Assembly (NCBI GenBank): GCA_964016885.1
Contig: OZ024761.1
Coordinates: forward strand, 13,144,001-13,208,000
Direction: 5' to 3'
Length of the DNA: 64,000 nt
From: Eledone cirrhosa
Taxonomy: Eukaryota
Part shown: positions 1 through 16,121 of the stretch, in pieces
Layout of the letters: each line of letters starts with the position of its first letter
How positions within the stretch are numbered: the first letter of the stretch is position 1
Position numbers and translations under genes: made by a program
Notes under the pieces: model-generated
The model's database searches: none
Told to the model about the DNA's origin: nothing
The model's input: only the letters and a program-made list of their open reading frames with translations

Positions 1-607
1 ATGGTAAAGGCTTTATCTCACATAATATCGAATCTATGAGATTTTGAAGGTATTTATTTTGAGAACAATACCTTAACATCAGTTTGAGCGACCAGTTACA
101 GCCAGTTTCAACAGAAAAAGGTAAAGAATTCTGGCCGTTTTGAACATTAAAGGGTTAATCTTTAGTGGATTGGCAGTATCAGTAGAGTCGGATGACATGC
201 TTTGCAGCATAGAGTTACGTCCCTTTACGGACTGAGTTCAAATCCCGCCGAGGTTAACTTTGCCTTTCATCCTTACAGAGTCGATAAAATAAAGTACCAG
301 TAATACACTAGGGTAATTGCTGGCCTTGTGCCAAAAGTAGAAACAATTATTAACCTTTTAGCATTTAAACTGGGCTTATCTGATCAGAATTCTCTTCCTG
401 TTCAAAAATGGGTTGCAACCGGCCACTCATACTGATGTTAAGGCATAGTTCTCAAAATAAATAATATCAAAATCTCGTAGATTATGTGAGGTAAAGCCTT
501 TACTGCGAAAGTACAACAGTATATATAGAGTAATGTAAACGGTAAAGGTTTAAGTCAACCTGATGTCTATATGTTTATATTTAGTGTCTGTTAACTCTTT
601 AGCATTT

Positions 608-1094
608 AAACCGGTCATATCCGGCCAGAATTCTCTCACCTCTTCCTGTTCAAACCAGTCATATCCAGCCAGAATTCTCTCACCTCTTTCTGTTCAAACC
701 GGTCATATCCGGCCAGAATTCTCTCATCTCTTTCTATTCAAACTGGTCATATCTGGCCAGAATTCTCTCACCTCTTTCTGTTCAAACCGGTCATATCCGG
801 CCAGAATTCTCTCACCTCTTTCTATTCAAACTGGTCATATCCGGCCAGAATTCTCTCACCTCTTCCTGTTCAAACTGGTCATATCCGGCCAGAATTCTCT
901 CACCTCTTTCTGTTCAAACCGGTCATATCCGGCCAGAATTCTCTCACCTCTTTCTGTTCAAACCAGTCATATCCGGCCAGAATTCTCTCACCTCTTTCTG
1001 TTCAAACCAGTCATATCCGGCCAGAATTCTCTCACCTCTTTCTGTTCAAACCGGTCATATCCGGCCAGAATTCTCTCACCTCTTTCTGTTCAAA
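608..1094. repeat. 44-bp minisatellite (~11 copies) from the right part of MITE family 1
   Basis: Unit AAACCGGTCATATCCGGCCAGAATTCTCTCACCTCTTTCTGTTC; explains ORF 563-1207. Confidence 0.95.
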
Positions 1095-1372
1095 CAATAA
1101 TAATTGTTTCTACCATAGGTACAAGACTAGCAATCTGTAGGAGGCAGGGAAAGTCGATTAATTGGCCCCCAGTGCATTACTGGTGCTTTATTTTATCGAC
1201 CCCGTAAGGATGAAAGGCAAAGCTAACCATGGCAGGATTTGAACTCAGAACGTAAAGGGTCACAACTCTATGCTGCAAAGCATATTGTCCGACGATCTAC
1301 CGATTCTACTGCCAATCCACCACCCAAATAATAATAATACTAATAAGACAAGAATCACCACGCTCCACTTAC

Positions 1373-4300
1373 CTGCCAGCTCGACCGCGCCTCTGTTTAG
1401 CATTTGCTTTTGACACCTGTTGTGGTTCTAATGACGTGAGGTTTTTCTCTGGTTCAAAATGTTTCACCTTGATTTTACCACAGTCGATGACGAAAACAAC
1501 ATCATCTATAGTAATACTGCAGAAGAGAGGAATATATATATATGTGTGTGTGTGTGTTTGTATATATATATGTGTGTGTATATATATGTGTGTGTGTGTG
1601 TGTATATATCATCATTATCATCATCATCATTTTACGTCCGCTTTTCCCTGCTTGCAAGGGTGGGACGGGAATTGACTCTGGCTTGATTTCTACAGCTGGA
1701 TGCCCTTCCTAACACCAACCTCATTTACAGGGAGTGCTGGGTGCTTTTTTGCCGTGGCACCTCCACGTCCACTTTACAGTGTGGGCTGGGTTCTTTTTTG
1801 CCGTGGCACCTCCACAACCACTTTACAGTGGAATGATATGGACCCCAGTCCTATCATCTCATTTCTACAGTGGAGTAAACTGGAGCAATGTGAAATAAAG
1901 GGTCTTGATCAAGGAAACAACATATCACCCGGTCTGAGAATTGAACTCACAACCTTTCGATTGCAAGGCCAATGCTCTAACCACTAAGCCATGTGCCTCC
2001 ATATTTGTATTATATATATATACAATTCGTTTTTGAATTTGTTTTGCGATATTTCTTATCTGAAAACCTGAGTTGAAACAGATATTGTTATACTTTAGGA
2101 GGGTCATGTTTTATTAGCAACATGACCCTCCCAAAATATAACAATATATATATATATAAGTTTGTTTTGAAACAGGGAGTAAAGTTTGAAATTTAGTAGA
2201 AATAGAAACTTTCGACGTATTTTTGACTTTTGGCTAAAGAAATTTTCAGGGAGGTCAAGTAATCCCAGTGGAAGGAAGATGCAGTAGAGGAAGACTACAG
2301 AAAACATGGGTAGAGGTGGGGAGAGCTGACACCAGACTGCTGTAGCTGACAGAGAAGACGACGAAGGACTGTGACAAATGGAGAGATGCTGTGCTGAAGA
2401 GGACCCGTCCCACCCTTGCAAGCAAGGAGAAAAGGATGTAAAATGATGATGATAATCATATACATACGATTTAATCACATAGTTTACCTTGTCTCTGCTA
2501 TGTTTGTAGCCAGCACAATCTTACGAATCCCTGGGGGTGGTCGATTAAACACTTCCTTCTGGTTTACAGTTGGCATCAGAGAATGCAGTGGTATAATGCG
2601 ACAATTTCCTGCAGATGAAAGTAAAATATAGTAAAAAACAAAACGGGGAAAAATCTCACAAAAATCCCCCAAAAAACAATGGTTTAGACAAAAACATTGT
2701 TATATCTTTCTCCAACAACTTGAGGATGTTGTTATGGTTGTTGTTGTTTAACCTACGGCGAATTGGCAGAGTTTTACATTATCGGATAAGAATACATTCA
2801 TTCATTCATTTCACGTCTGCTTTTTCCCTGCTTGCAAGGGTGGAACGGGAACTGATTCTGGCTTGATTTCTACAGCTGGATGCCCTTCCTATCACCAACC
2901 TCATTTACAGTGAGTGCTGGGTGCCTTTTTGCCGTGGCACCTCCACGACCAATTTGCAGTGGAATGATATGGACCCCAGTCCCTATCATCTCATTTCTAC
3001 AGCTGAGTAAACTGGAGCAATGTAAAATAAACTCTATCAGGAGTTACGGGACCATACATACATACAGCTGACCCATGATCTATTGTTAGCATTATGTTAG
3101 TCATTCCGGCACTCTGAGTTCAAATCCAGCCGAGGTCAACTTTGCCTTTCATCCTTTCGAGGACGATAAAATAAAAATACCAGTCAGGAACTCCCAGTGC
3201 TCTTCTACATTGAATGTCTCTATCTGTTCTTCTTTACTGTCGTAGGCGTTGAGTAAAATATCTTTAAATCTGTTACTGGCTGAGGGGTCAACTGGGGTTG
3301 ATTCTTCCTCTATATCTTTCTCAGGAAGAAATCTGCTGTACTCAGGCCTGGAAAGGGACGGGCTCCGCCAGGCTTTTAAAGGGCCAAGAAACGCTGTATG
3401 GTAATATGGCGCCCCTACGACCCTATCAGGAGTTACGGGACCATACATACATACAGCTGCCCCATGATCTATTGTTAGCATTCTGTCGCATCAACAGCTC
3501 AATTGGTTCTCGTATACTTCTCCCTCTTTTAACCACGCCTGTCTTAGCCTTCACAACATTCATCACTGACTCTACTTCCCCCCCACCCCCAGTCACTTTC
3601 ATCCATCCCCAACACATGACCCAACCATCTCCTTCCATTTCTTCTTCACAACATTCACCACTGACTCTACCCCCCCCCCATCACTTTCATCCTTCCTCAA
3701 CACATGACCCAACCATCTCCTTCCATTTCTTCTTCACAACATTCACCACTGACTCTACCCCCCCCCCCCATCACTTTCATCCTTCCTCAACACATGACCC
3801 AACCATCTCCTTCCATTTCTCTTCATAACATTCACCACTGACTCTACCCCCCCCCCCCAGTCACTTTCATCCTTCCTCAACACATGACCTAGCCATCTCA
3901 TTCCACAACGAGACCCAAAACAGAACAAAACTATGTACCAACAAGACGTACTGAATGTGTGATCTCTGGTGAGGCTCTCGTTGGCTTTTCGGATTTCCTC
4001 CCAACCGGTGAGGAAGACAAGAATGGCACCTTCCTGGAAATAAAATATTTTAAAATATATTAATGGAGGCTTTACAGTTGTTTTTTCTAAAGAGGAAGAA
4101 TCAACACCAGTATTGGACTGGTATATATATATATATGAAGTGAAGGCGTGTGGCTGAGTGGTTAGAGAATTGGATTCGCAATCGTAAGGTTGTGAGTTCG
4201 ATTCCTGGACCGAGTGATGCGTTATGTCCTTGAGCAAGACACTTTATTTCACGTTGCTCCTTCTACCTGGAGTTGCGACCGATAGGTAGTATTAGCAACT

Positions 4301-4505
4301 GGAAAGACCAACGGAAACATTGTTCCCTCGGTCCGATTTGACGAAATTCGATCGTTCCTTAAAATATATATATAGATATATATAAATATAGAGCATATAT
4401 ACATATATATATATACACACACATAGAGCATATATATATATATTCATATACACACTACACACACACAGAGCATATATATATATTCACATACACACTACAC
4501 ACACG

Positions 4506-4554
<49 letters not shown>

Positions 4555-7500
4555 GAAAGGTATAGAAATTATTGTCGCAAGAAGCCAACAGTATTTCATA
4601 ATATATAAGTGACTATAACGTCAAAATGGAAAAATAGTTAACGTAAGATGTGGGAAAATAATATATATATATATATATATATATCAGAAAGGGTGTGGTA
4701 AAATACCAGGTGGACCCTAACCCACCAACTGTTGAAACGGCCAGACCTCAGCCATCGAGGTCCTGAATCTTTTCATATATTATATATTATTAGCAGAAAA
4801 CTACCTTTGGGTGGTTTTCTGCTAGCATGTGTAGTGTGTATATTGATATTATACGCAGGTATATATACATGTAGATATGATACATCAAATAAAATCGTAA
4901 TTGACAATATATAATACATAGAAATTGAACGAAGACTGCGTTACACTGTCTTATGTAATCAGTAAAGTAATCCATGATACATTAAAAAAGATGATATTAT
5001 ATATAAACTGCATTAGGAGAAAATTAGTGACAGAAAATTAGTATGTTTATTTAAGCGATCGCCACTGGAAGTGTTGACATTTCAGAAGGTTTAAAGAAGT
5101 GAATCTTTAAATAAACAAAATATATTTAATCAACAGCCACGAAATTTAGGAGATGAATTATGTAATATTCATTAATTATTTATTCAAAACTTATTTTACT
5201 AATGGGATAAAAAATTATAAACCGTACGCAATCCCGCGCTCCTTACTTTATTATAGTTTAGATATATACACACACACAGATTACATATATATTCGCACAC
5301 ACAGATTACATATATATTCGCACACACATATATATATATAAATATTATACAATATATTAGAGAGGTGTTGTGGGATGTTAGTTTGGCTTACCTGCTTATT
5401 GATACACAGGTATTTAATTAGATCAACAACGAGATCAATATCAATGAATTTGTGGTCCATAGAAGCAAGGGACTGGCAGGTGGCTGGGCTGTAGCTGGAA
5501 TAGAAATAATAAGTCCTCACTGTAGGGTGGTCATGTTGGTGATATGGAAAAATATACCCAGTACACTCAGTAAGGTTGTTGTGCTGGGGTCATGATAAAA
5601 TACCCCCAGTACACTCTGTAAGGTTGTTGTGCTGCTGTCATGATAAAATACACCCAGTACACTCTGTAAGGTAGTTATGCTGGTGTCATGATAAAATACC
5701 CCCAGTACACTCTGTAAGGTGGTCATGCTGGTGTCATGATAAAATACCCCCAGTACACTCTGTAAGGTTGTTGTGCTGCTGTCATGATAAAATACACCCA
5801 GTACACTCTGTAAGGTAGTTATGCTGGTGTCATGATAAAATACACCCAGTACACTCTGTAAGGTAGTTATGCTGGTGTCATGATAAAATACCCCCAGTAC
5901 ACTCTGTAAGGTTGTTGTGCTGCTGTCATGATAAAATACACCCAGTACACTCTGTAAGGTAGTTATGCTGGTGTCATGATAAAATACCCCCAGTACACTC
6001 TGTAAGGTTGTTGTGCTGCTGTCATGATAAAATACACCCAGTACACTCTGTAAGGTAGTTATGCTGGTGTCATGATAAAATACACCCAGTACACTCTGTA
6101 AGGTAGTTATGCTGGTGTCATGATAAAATACCCCCAGTACACTCTGTAAGGTTGTTGTGCTGCTGTCATGATAAAATACACCCAGTACACTCTGTAAGGT
6201 AGTTATGCTGGTGTCATGATAAAATACCCCCAGTACACTCTGTAAGGTTGTTGTGCTGGTGTCATGATAAAATACCCCCAGTACACTCTGTAAGGTTGTT
6301 GTGCTGGTGTCATGATAAAATACCCCCAGTACACTCTGTAAGGTTGTTGTGCTGGTGTCATGATAAAATACCCCCAGTACACTCTGTAAGGTTGTTGTGC
6401 TGCTGTCATGATAAAATACACCCAGTACACTCTGTAAGGTAGTTGTGCTGGTGTCATGATAAAATACACCCAGTACACTCTGTAAGGTTGTTGTGCTGGT
6501 GTCATGATAAAATACACCCAGTACACTCTGTAAGGTAGTCGTGCTGGTATCATGATAAAATACACCTGGTCCACAGTGTAGAGTGGATGTGTTGGTGTCA
6601 TGATAAAATACACCCAGTCCACTCTGTAAGGTGGTCATGATAAAATACACCGAATCCACACTGTAAAGTGGTTGGTGTTAGGAAGGGCATCCAACCGTAG
6701 AAACCAAGACGAAATACAGACCCATACGTGCATGTTGGTCTCCGTACTTGACTTGTCTCATAGCATAACAACTTCTACGTTAAACCATGATGATGATGAT
6801 AATGACTCTATTTCAAGTAATTAAGCCTTTAGCATTTACATTACTCTATATATACTATTGTATTGTCACAGTAAAGGCTTTACCTCACATAATATCTCAC
6901 ATAACATTTACATTACTCTATATATACTATTGTATTTTCACAGTAAAGACTTTACCTCACATAACATTTACATTACTCTATATTTACTATTGTATTTTCA
7001 CGGTAAAGGCTTTACCTCACATAACATTTACATTACTCTATATATACTATTGTATTTTCACAGTAAAGGCTTTACCTCACATAATATCTCACATAACATT
7101 TACATTACTCTATATATACTATTGTATTTTCACAGTAAAGGCTTTACCTCACATAATATCTCACATAACATTTACATTACTCTATATATACTATTGTATT
7201 TTCACAGTAAAGGCTTTACCTCACATAATACCTCACATAACATTTACATTACTCTATATATACTATTGTATTTTCACAGTAAAGGCTTTACCTCACATAA
7301 CATTTACATTACTCTATATATACTATTGTATTTTCACAGTAAAGGCTTTACCTCACATAATATCTCACATAACATTTACATTACTCTATATATACTATTG
7401 TATTTTCACAGTAAAGACTTTACCTCACATAATATCTCACATAACATTTACATTACTCTATATATACTATTGTATTTTCACAGTAAAGGCTTTACCTCAC

Positions 7501-10500
7501 ATAACATTTACATTACTCTATATATACTATTGTATGTTCACAGTAAAGGCTTTACCTCACATAACATTTACATTACTCTATATATACTATTGTATTTTCA
7601 CAGTAAAGACTTTACCTCACATAATATCTCACATAACATTTACATTACTCTATATATACTATTGTATTTTCACAGTAAAGGCTTTACCTCACATAATATC
7701 TCACATAACATTTACATTACTCTATATATACTATTGTATTTTCACAGTAAAGGCTTTACCTCACATAATATCTCACATAACATTTACATTACTCTATATA
7801 TACTATTGTATTTTCACAGTAAAGGCTTTACCTTACATAATATCTCACAACATTTACATTACTCTATATATACTATTGTATTTTCACAGTAAAGGCTTTA
7901 CCTCACATAATATCTCACATAACATTTACATTACTCTATATATACTATTGTATTTTCATGGTAAAGTCTTTACCTCACATAATATCTCACATAACATTTA
8001 CATTACTCTATATATACTATTGTATTTTCATGGTAAAGTCTTTACCTCACATAACATTTACATTACTCTATATTTACTATTGTATTTTCATGGTAAAGGC
8101 CTTACCTCAAATAATATCTCACATAACATTTACATTACTCTATATATACTATTGTATTTTCACAGTAAAGGTTCTATTTCACATAATATCGAATCTATGA
8201 GATTTTGATATTATTGACTTTGAGAAGAAACCCTTAACATCAGTATGAGCAGCTGGTTATGGCCAGTTTGAACAGAAAGAGGTGAGATAATTCTCACCGG
8301 ATATGGCCGGTTTAAATGCTAAAGGGTTAATGAATAATTTCAAAGGATTTAAGTAAATTATTAATTATTTCATTACTAAGATCGTAACCTAACATATGGT
8401 TCTTATATAAAATTGTTGGAAATTAAGAACACTTTAAAATAGGGGTTATGTTTCATAGAACCAGAGCTGGTTTTTTGCCAGGTTAGTATCAAAAGGGAGA
8501 TGTGATTTGACCACATACCTTCCTTGTAATGTCTCCCGAATCCATTCCTTCATTTGCTGTCTTTCTGATTCTTCCTTCTTCGCATTGGCCATTCCTTTCA
8601 TGCCAAATTTCGGCCGCTTCGCATTGGGTGGATGGTAACTAAAAGTGGGCAACAAACAAGTCTTATTAGAAGCATTTGAGGAAATACAAGGGTTGGTAGA
8701 AAAACCTTCCATATTTTACATGGTCACTGTGTTAAATATGGGAAGGTTTGGGGGGTTTTTTGCCACTCAGAGTAGAGGGACAGAGTGTGGTCTATACCCT
8801 AGAAATTTCTAAGATAGAAACTTTATTCTACTTATCATCATCCAGTGGCCTCAGCTGAAATGGACTCAACAATAGATCTCCATGTGGGTCTGTCATTCAT
8901 TGCTGTTGCCAAGTCCTGGATTTCGATGTGACTTTGCTTGATATGTTGAAAATGGGTGGGCAGGAATTTCATAAGTTGACCAAAGTTTAATATATGGACA
9001 CACAAGAGATATAGTAGGATTGCAGGCAGGTGAAAGAAGACAGACTTTGTATGTGACAGATACACAGGAAAAGTAAACACTTAGAGCACATGTGAAGTAG
9101 ATTCCTTCAGTTGCTAGTGAGGCTCTTTAGTTGTTGTTGACTTACCTGACAGTGAGCTACAGGTGTGAAACATGACAGAGAGGCATTGGTGTTGACTGCA
9201 GAAGACCTAGGAAGGCATGGGATGAGGGATGAAGTGATAAAAGTTGACCCAGCAAAAATGACACCACTCAAAGGCGATAACACACGATTGAGATTTTTTG
9301 GCGTTATGCAGTAATACAGAAGACTGGCCTTCCCATGTGCACGAGTTGAAACACATCTAGTATGCAACACCTTCCTATCTATCACCGCTCCCATGCCTTA
9401 ACACCACTCTCACTCCCACAAGAGGTTCCAGTCCACACTGTAAAGTGGTTGTGTGGGTGTCACCATAAAAAACACTCAGTACTCACTGTAAAGTAGTCAT
9501 GTAGGTATCATGACAAAAAGCACCCAGTACTCACTGTAAAGAGGTCATGTAGGTATCATGACAAAAACACCCAGTACTCACTGTAAAGAGGTCATGTAGG
9601 TGTCATGACAAAAACACCCAGTACTCACTGTAAAGAGGTCATGTGGGTGTCATGACAAAAACACCCAGTACTCACTGTAAAGTGGTCATGTAGGTATCTT
9701 GACAAAAACACCCAGTACTCACTGTAAAGAGGTCATGTAGGTGTCATGACAAAAACACCCAGTACTTACTGTAAAGAGGTCATGTAGGTGTCATGACAAA
9801 AACACCCAGTTCTCACTGTAAAGAGGTCATGTAGGTGTCATGACAAAAACACCCAGTACTTACTGTAAAGAGGTCATGTAGGTGTCATGACAAAAACACC
9901 CAGTACTCACTGTAAAGAGGTCATGTAGGTGTCATGACAAAAACACCCAGTACTCACTGTAAAGAGGTCATGTAGGTGTCATGACAAAAACACCCAGTAC
10001 TCACTGTAAAGAGGTCATGTAGGTGTCATGACAAAAACACCCAGTACTTACTGTAAAGAGGTCATGTAGGTGTCATGACAAAAACACCCAGTACTCACTG
10101 TAAAGAGGTCATGTAGGTGTCATGACAAAAACACCCAGTACTTACTGTAAAGAGGTCATGTAGGTGTCATGACAAAAACACCCAGTACTCACTGTAAAGA
10201 GGTCATGTAGGTGTCATGACAAAAACACCCAGTACTTACTGTAAAGAGGTCATGTAGGTGTCATGACAAAAACACCCAGTACTCACTGTAAAGAGGTCAT
10301 GTAGGTGTCATGACAAAAACACCCAGTACTTACTGTAAAGAGGTCATGTAGGTGTCATGACAAAAACACCCAGTACTCACTGTAAAGAGGTCATGTAGGT
10401 GTCATGACAAAAACACCCAGTACTTACTGTAAAGAAGTCATGTAGGTGTCATGACAAAAACACCCAGTACTCACTGTAAAGAGGTCATGTGGGTGCCTCA

Positions 10501-13500
10501 ATAAAAAGCACCCAGCCATAGAAACCAAGCCGGAAGCATTTCTGTATGAGCAAGACATGGTCACCTGACCTGACTTACCTCAAGCGGGACAACCCATCTA
10601 ACCCATGCTAGCATGGAAAAATGGACGTTAAACAATGATGATGATGAAGTGTATAATAAAAGAAGCCATTACTTTGTTAGTTCTAAGACATCTTCCAGAT
10701 ATAATTCTTTGACTGGGTAGGTAAATCCAGGAATGTTGATCATGGGGGCGCCACCTGTAGAGAACAATCAAGACAAGGTATTTATGAGAAACAAACATAA
10801 TAGATACGTTACATGACTAGATGCAGTTACAGGACTAACATGCAGCTAGATGCAGTTATGGGACTAACATGCAGCTAGATGCAGTTATGTGGCTAACATG
10901 CAGCTAGATGCAGTTATGGGACTAACATGCAGCTAGATGCAGTTATGTGGCTAACATGCAGCTAGATGCAGCAATGTGACTAAGGTGCAGTTATGGGACT
11001 AACATGCAGCTAGATGCAGTTATGGAACTAACATGCAGCTAGATGCAGTTTCTTACCAAAGTAAGAGGAGAACATCTCAGCATTAAGGGTTGCACTCATC
11101 AGGACCACTTTAATGTCCGGTCGACTGACCAATAGGTCCTTGATGATGACCATTAGAAAGTCAGACAGTAGGTCACGCTCATGGATTTCGTCTAGGATGA
11201 TGTGGGAGGCACGAAGTAAGGATCTGCAAAGACAAGGAACCATTAGTAAACAGGGGTGCTACCATATTTCTAAGGGATTTAGTAATATAACTTTTGACTG
11301 TCTCATTATTAAATTGGTGTTTGGAACATAACTTAACAAAGGTTGTTACATAAAATTATGGTGGAAGGTTTTTAGATAAATATAAATATTTTAAAACAAA
11401 CTGCTTTGTACTATAGAACCATGGGTGGTTGGAACATAACTTAACAAAGGTTGTTACATAAAATTATGGTGGAAGGTTTTTAGATAAATATAAATATTTT
11501 AACACTTTTGTTACAATATTTCTAATGAAATACATTGGTTTGATGGTATAATATGGTGGTGGTATGTGATGGTATGATGTGGTGGTGTGGTGGTGTGATG
11601 GTATATGGTGGCTTGATGGTATAATGTGGTGGTGTGATGGTATAATGTGGTGGTGTGATGGTATGACGTGGTGGTATGTGATGGTATAATATGGTGGTAT
11701 GTGATGGTATAATGGTGGTGGTATGTGATGGTATAATGGTGGTGGTATGTGATGGTATAATATGGTGGTATGTGATGGTATAATGTGGTGGTATGTGATG
11801 GTATAATGGTGGTGGTATGTGATGGTATAATATGGTGGTATTTGATGGTATAATGTGGTGGTGTGATGGTATAATGTAGTGGTATTTGATGGTATAGTGT
11901 AGTGGTATTTGATGGTATAATGTAGTGGTATTTGATGGTATATGGTGGTGGTGGTGCGTGATGGTATAATGGTATAATGGTGGTATGTGATGGTATAATG
12001 GTATAATGGTGGTATGTGATGGTATAATGGTATATGAATGTAGAGCCAGCTTACGGATCAGATTCCAGCCATTTCAGGACAATACCAGTTGTACAGAACA
12101 GTATAGAACCTCTTTCTCGTGGAAGTTCCCTGGAGGAGGATGGGAGAAATAAGACACAAAAAATTAGAATAAATAAATAAATACATCATGATTATCCACT
12201 TTTTTCTGCCCCCAGGTCTACATTATCTGATTTCCTCAATTACTATTCACAGTTGATTCACTATTATTGTAGTCAGTTACAATGGGACAACTACATTTCA
12301 AATTTCAAATATTTTCATAATGTTTCTTAACCCTTTAGCATTTACATTACTCTATATATACTATTGTATTTTCATGGTAAAGGCTTTATCTCACATAACA
12401 TTTACATTACTCTATATTTACTATTGTATTTTCATGGTAAAGGCTTTATCTCACATAACATTTACATTACTCTATATTTACTATTGTATTTTCATGGTAA
12501 AGGCTTTATCTCACATAATATCGAATCTGTGAGATTTTGATGTTATTTATTTTGAGAACAATATTTTAAGATCAGTATGGGTGACTGGTTACTCAAACAG
12601 ACAGTTTGAACAGAAAGAGGTGAGAGAATTCTGGCCAGATATGGCTAGTTTAAATGTTAAAGCATTTACATTACTCTATGTTTACTATTGTATATTTGTG
12701 GTAAAGGCTTTACCTTACATAATTATCTCACATAATATCAAATCTACGAATTTTTAATATTATTTATTTTGAGAACAATATCTTAACATCAGTATGAGTG
12801 GCCAGTTATGACCCGATTTGAACAGAAAGAGGTGAGAGAATTCTGGCCGGATTAAATTAATTGGATATTCACAATAAAGAAACTATTTAGAGAAACAAAA
12901 CCAACCAATTACCACCTCCTCCCACAAAAAAAAACCCCAAAAAAACTACAAACCACAACCTTAACCTTTAGCGTGCTAGTAATTTTTATTAACTAGAATT
13001 TTTTCAACACGCTGACGTGTATATGTGTATATGTACATATGCATACATTTATATGTATGAGTATATAAATATAAACACGCAAACACAGACACAAAAATAC
13101 ACACACACACTCATCATCATCGTTTAACATCCATCTTCCCCGCTAGCATGGGTTGGATGTACATTTACACAAACACACACATCGTAGCAAATGGAACGCC
13201 AGCCACTGTTTTGCTATAGTTTCTTCACCATCATCTTCCTTCCTTTTACACACACATATATTCACACAAACACACATTGTGTGATGGACGGATGGAAGTC
13301 GCTCAAATTTATATATATTTTGTCTCGCTTGACAATGCATTATTTTTTTTAAGGGGAGATTACTCTATGGTGCATTATGTCACCAACAGTGTGCTAAAGT
13401 TTAACAACCCCATTAAAATAATTGTAAAGAGAACCTTTCCAAACGTATCTGGAAGCCTACTTCACTGCCATAACCACACCGGACATCTCGTTCATCTGAA

Positions 13501-15016
13501 ACTCTTTGAGCAACCTGAAGAAGAAGAAGATGAAATAAATATGGCAGCTTAAGAGTGACAAAAGGAAAAAAAAACTATAGAATGTAGTCTGGGTGGTTTT
13601 TGTTGTGACACCTACATGACCACTTTACAGTGTGGACTGGGTGCTTTTTGTTGTGAAACCTACACGACCACTTTACAGTGTGGACTGGGTGCTTTTTGTT
13701 GTGACACCTACACGACCACTTTACAGTGTGGACTGGGTGCTTTTTGTTGTGACACCTACACGACCACTTTACAGTGTGGACTGGGTGCTTTTTGTTGTGA
13801 AACCTACATGACCACTTTACAGTGTGGACTGGGTGTGTTTTGTCATGACACCTACACGACCACTTTACAGTGTGGACTGGGTGTGTTTTGTCGTGACACC
13901 TACAAGACCACTTTACAGTGAGTACTGGGTGTTTTTTGTTGTGACACCTACATGACCACTTTACAGTGTGGACTGGGTGCTTTTTGTCGTGACACCTACA
14001 AGACCACATTACAGTGTGGACTGGGTGCTTTTTGTTGTGACACCTACAAGACCACTTTACAGTGTGGACTGGGTGCTTTTTGTTGTGACACCTACATGAC
14101 CACTTTACAGTGTGGACTGGGTGCTTTTTGTTGTGACACCTACATGACCACTTTACAGTGTGGACTGGGGGCTTTTTGTTGTGACACCTACATGACCACT
14201 TTACAGTGTGGACTGGGTGCTTTTTGTCGTGACACCTACAAGACCACATTACAGTGTGGACTGGGTGCTTTTTGTTGTGACACCTACAAGACCACTTTAC
14301 AGTGTGGACTGGGTGTGTTTTGTCGTGACACCTACAAGACCACTTTACAGTGAGTACTGGGTGTTTTTTGTTGTGACACCTACATGACCACTTTACAGTG
14401 TGGACTGGGTGCTTTTTGTCGTGACACCTACAAGACCACATTACAGTGTGGACTGGGTGCTTTTTGTTGTGAAACCTACACGACCACTTTACAGTGTGGA
14501 CTGGGTGCTTTTTGTTGTGACACCTACATGACCACTTTACAGTGTGGACTGGGTGCTTTTTGTTGTGACACCTACATGACCACTTTACAGTGTGGACTGG
14601 GGGCTTTTTGTTGTGACACCTACATGACCACTTTACAGTGTGGACTGGGTGCTTTTTGTCGTGACACCTACAAGACCACATTACAGTGTGGACTGGGTGC
14701 TTTTTGTTGTGACACCTACAAGACCACTTTACAGTGTGGACTGGGTGTGTTTTGTTGTGACACCTACATGACCACTTTACAGTGTGGACTGGGTGCTTTT
14801 TGTTGTGACACCTACATGACCACTTTACAGTGTGGACTGGGGGCTTTTTGTTGTGACACTTACATGACCACTTTACAGTGTGGACTGGGTGCTTTTGTCA
14901 TGACACCTACAAGACCACTTTACAGTGTGGACAAGGTGCTTTTGTCATGACACCTACAAGACCACTTTACAGTGTGGACTGGGTGTTTTTGTCGTGACAC
15001 CTACAAGCCCAATTCA

Positions 15017-15060
<44 letters not shown>

Positions 15061-15602
15061 AGGGTGATTTGTCAACTTCCCCGTGGTGGGCCATGAAAAC
15101 TGATCTCTGATCTCAATCAAGTGAACCACAACAGCCAAAGTGATCAACTCAGACAAAAGACGAAGAAGATCACATTTTTAACTATTTACCGTCCAATTCA
15201 CGTTGAGGGAGCTTTCATACAAAACATCACACTCAGACACAAACACATGAGCACACACATCGAACAGAGACAATAATAAATAAATATGGGAATTTAACCT
15301 TCAGCATGCTGACATTTTTTTTTATGAATTGCTTCCCTTAACACTGCATTATGATTTAAGGGGAGATCACACTTTTGTCACCGACAGCATGTTAAAGATT
15401 AATTGATGGATTGAATGTTTAGGAAGATACATTGTATGAGCTGTCCCAGACAGAAAGAGAAATGGCGTACTTACAGAAACAGCACTGATCCTGCGAGGTT
15501 GTGTACAAATGATGCTACACTTGGATCCAATTCCTCGTTCTAAATAATCATCCAAGATAAATTGAGGCACCTGAAATATACACACGTGTATATATATGTA
15601 TA

Positions 15603-15636
<34 letters not shown>

Positions 15637-16070
15637 CGATATTAAATAAATGGAAACTATATTTATAAAACCATATTTATTTCATTATATATATTTCAGG
15701 GATATCATATTAAAAATATGGTATGCCTTCTTCAGACAAAATACAATATAAACAGTCTTATAAATAGATAGATTTGACATACCTTACAACTTCAACTTCC
15801 ATTTAAAAAGTTGATTTAAATGGAAGTTGAAGTTGTAAGGTATGTCAAATCTATCTATTTATAAGACTGTTTATATTGTATTTTGTCTGAAGAAGGCATA
15901 CCATATTTTTAATATGATATCCCTGAAATATATATAATGAAATAAATATGGTTTTATAAATATAGTTTCCATTTATTTAATATCGTAAATATACTCCAAA
16001 TACTTGTTGAGTGCTTTTATATCAGTTATAAATATTTACTCGTTGTAACCCAACAATTTAAATAAAACTT

Positions 16071-16121
<51 letters not shown>

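Noticed and set aside
3149-3481. 110-aa ORF flanked by a ~58-bp direct repeat (3033-3090 / 3423-3480)
   Set aside because: No recognisable motifs; overlaps a SINE fragment and a (CATA)n-tailed retroelement-like end, and is not needed for DHX36 frame continuity.
4143-4215. tRNA-like sequences with A and B boxes (also ~1925-1999 and ~47804-47865)
   Set aside because: They continue into CORE-like SINE bodies and lack a proper acceptor stem; these are SINE heads, not tRNA genes.
5517-15020. Regular 47-72-bp arrays resembling CRISPR arrays or repeat-protein ORFs (380, 473, 368 aa)
   Set aside because: Units are contiguous with no unique spacers, there are no cas genes, and they lie in spliceosomal introns. 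The ORFs arise only because unit lengths are multiples of 3.
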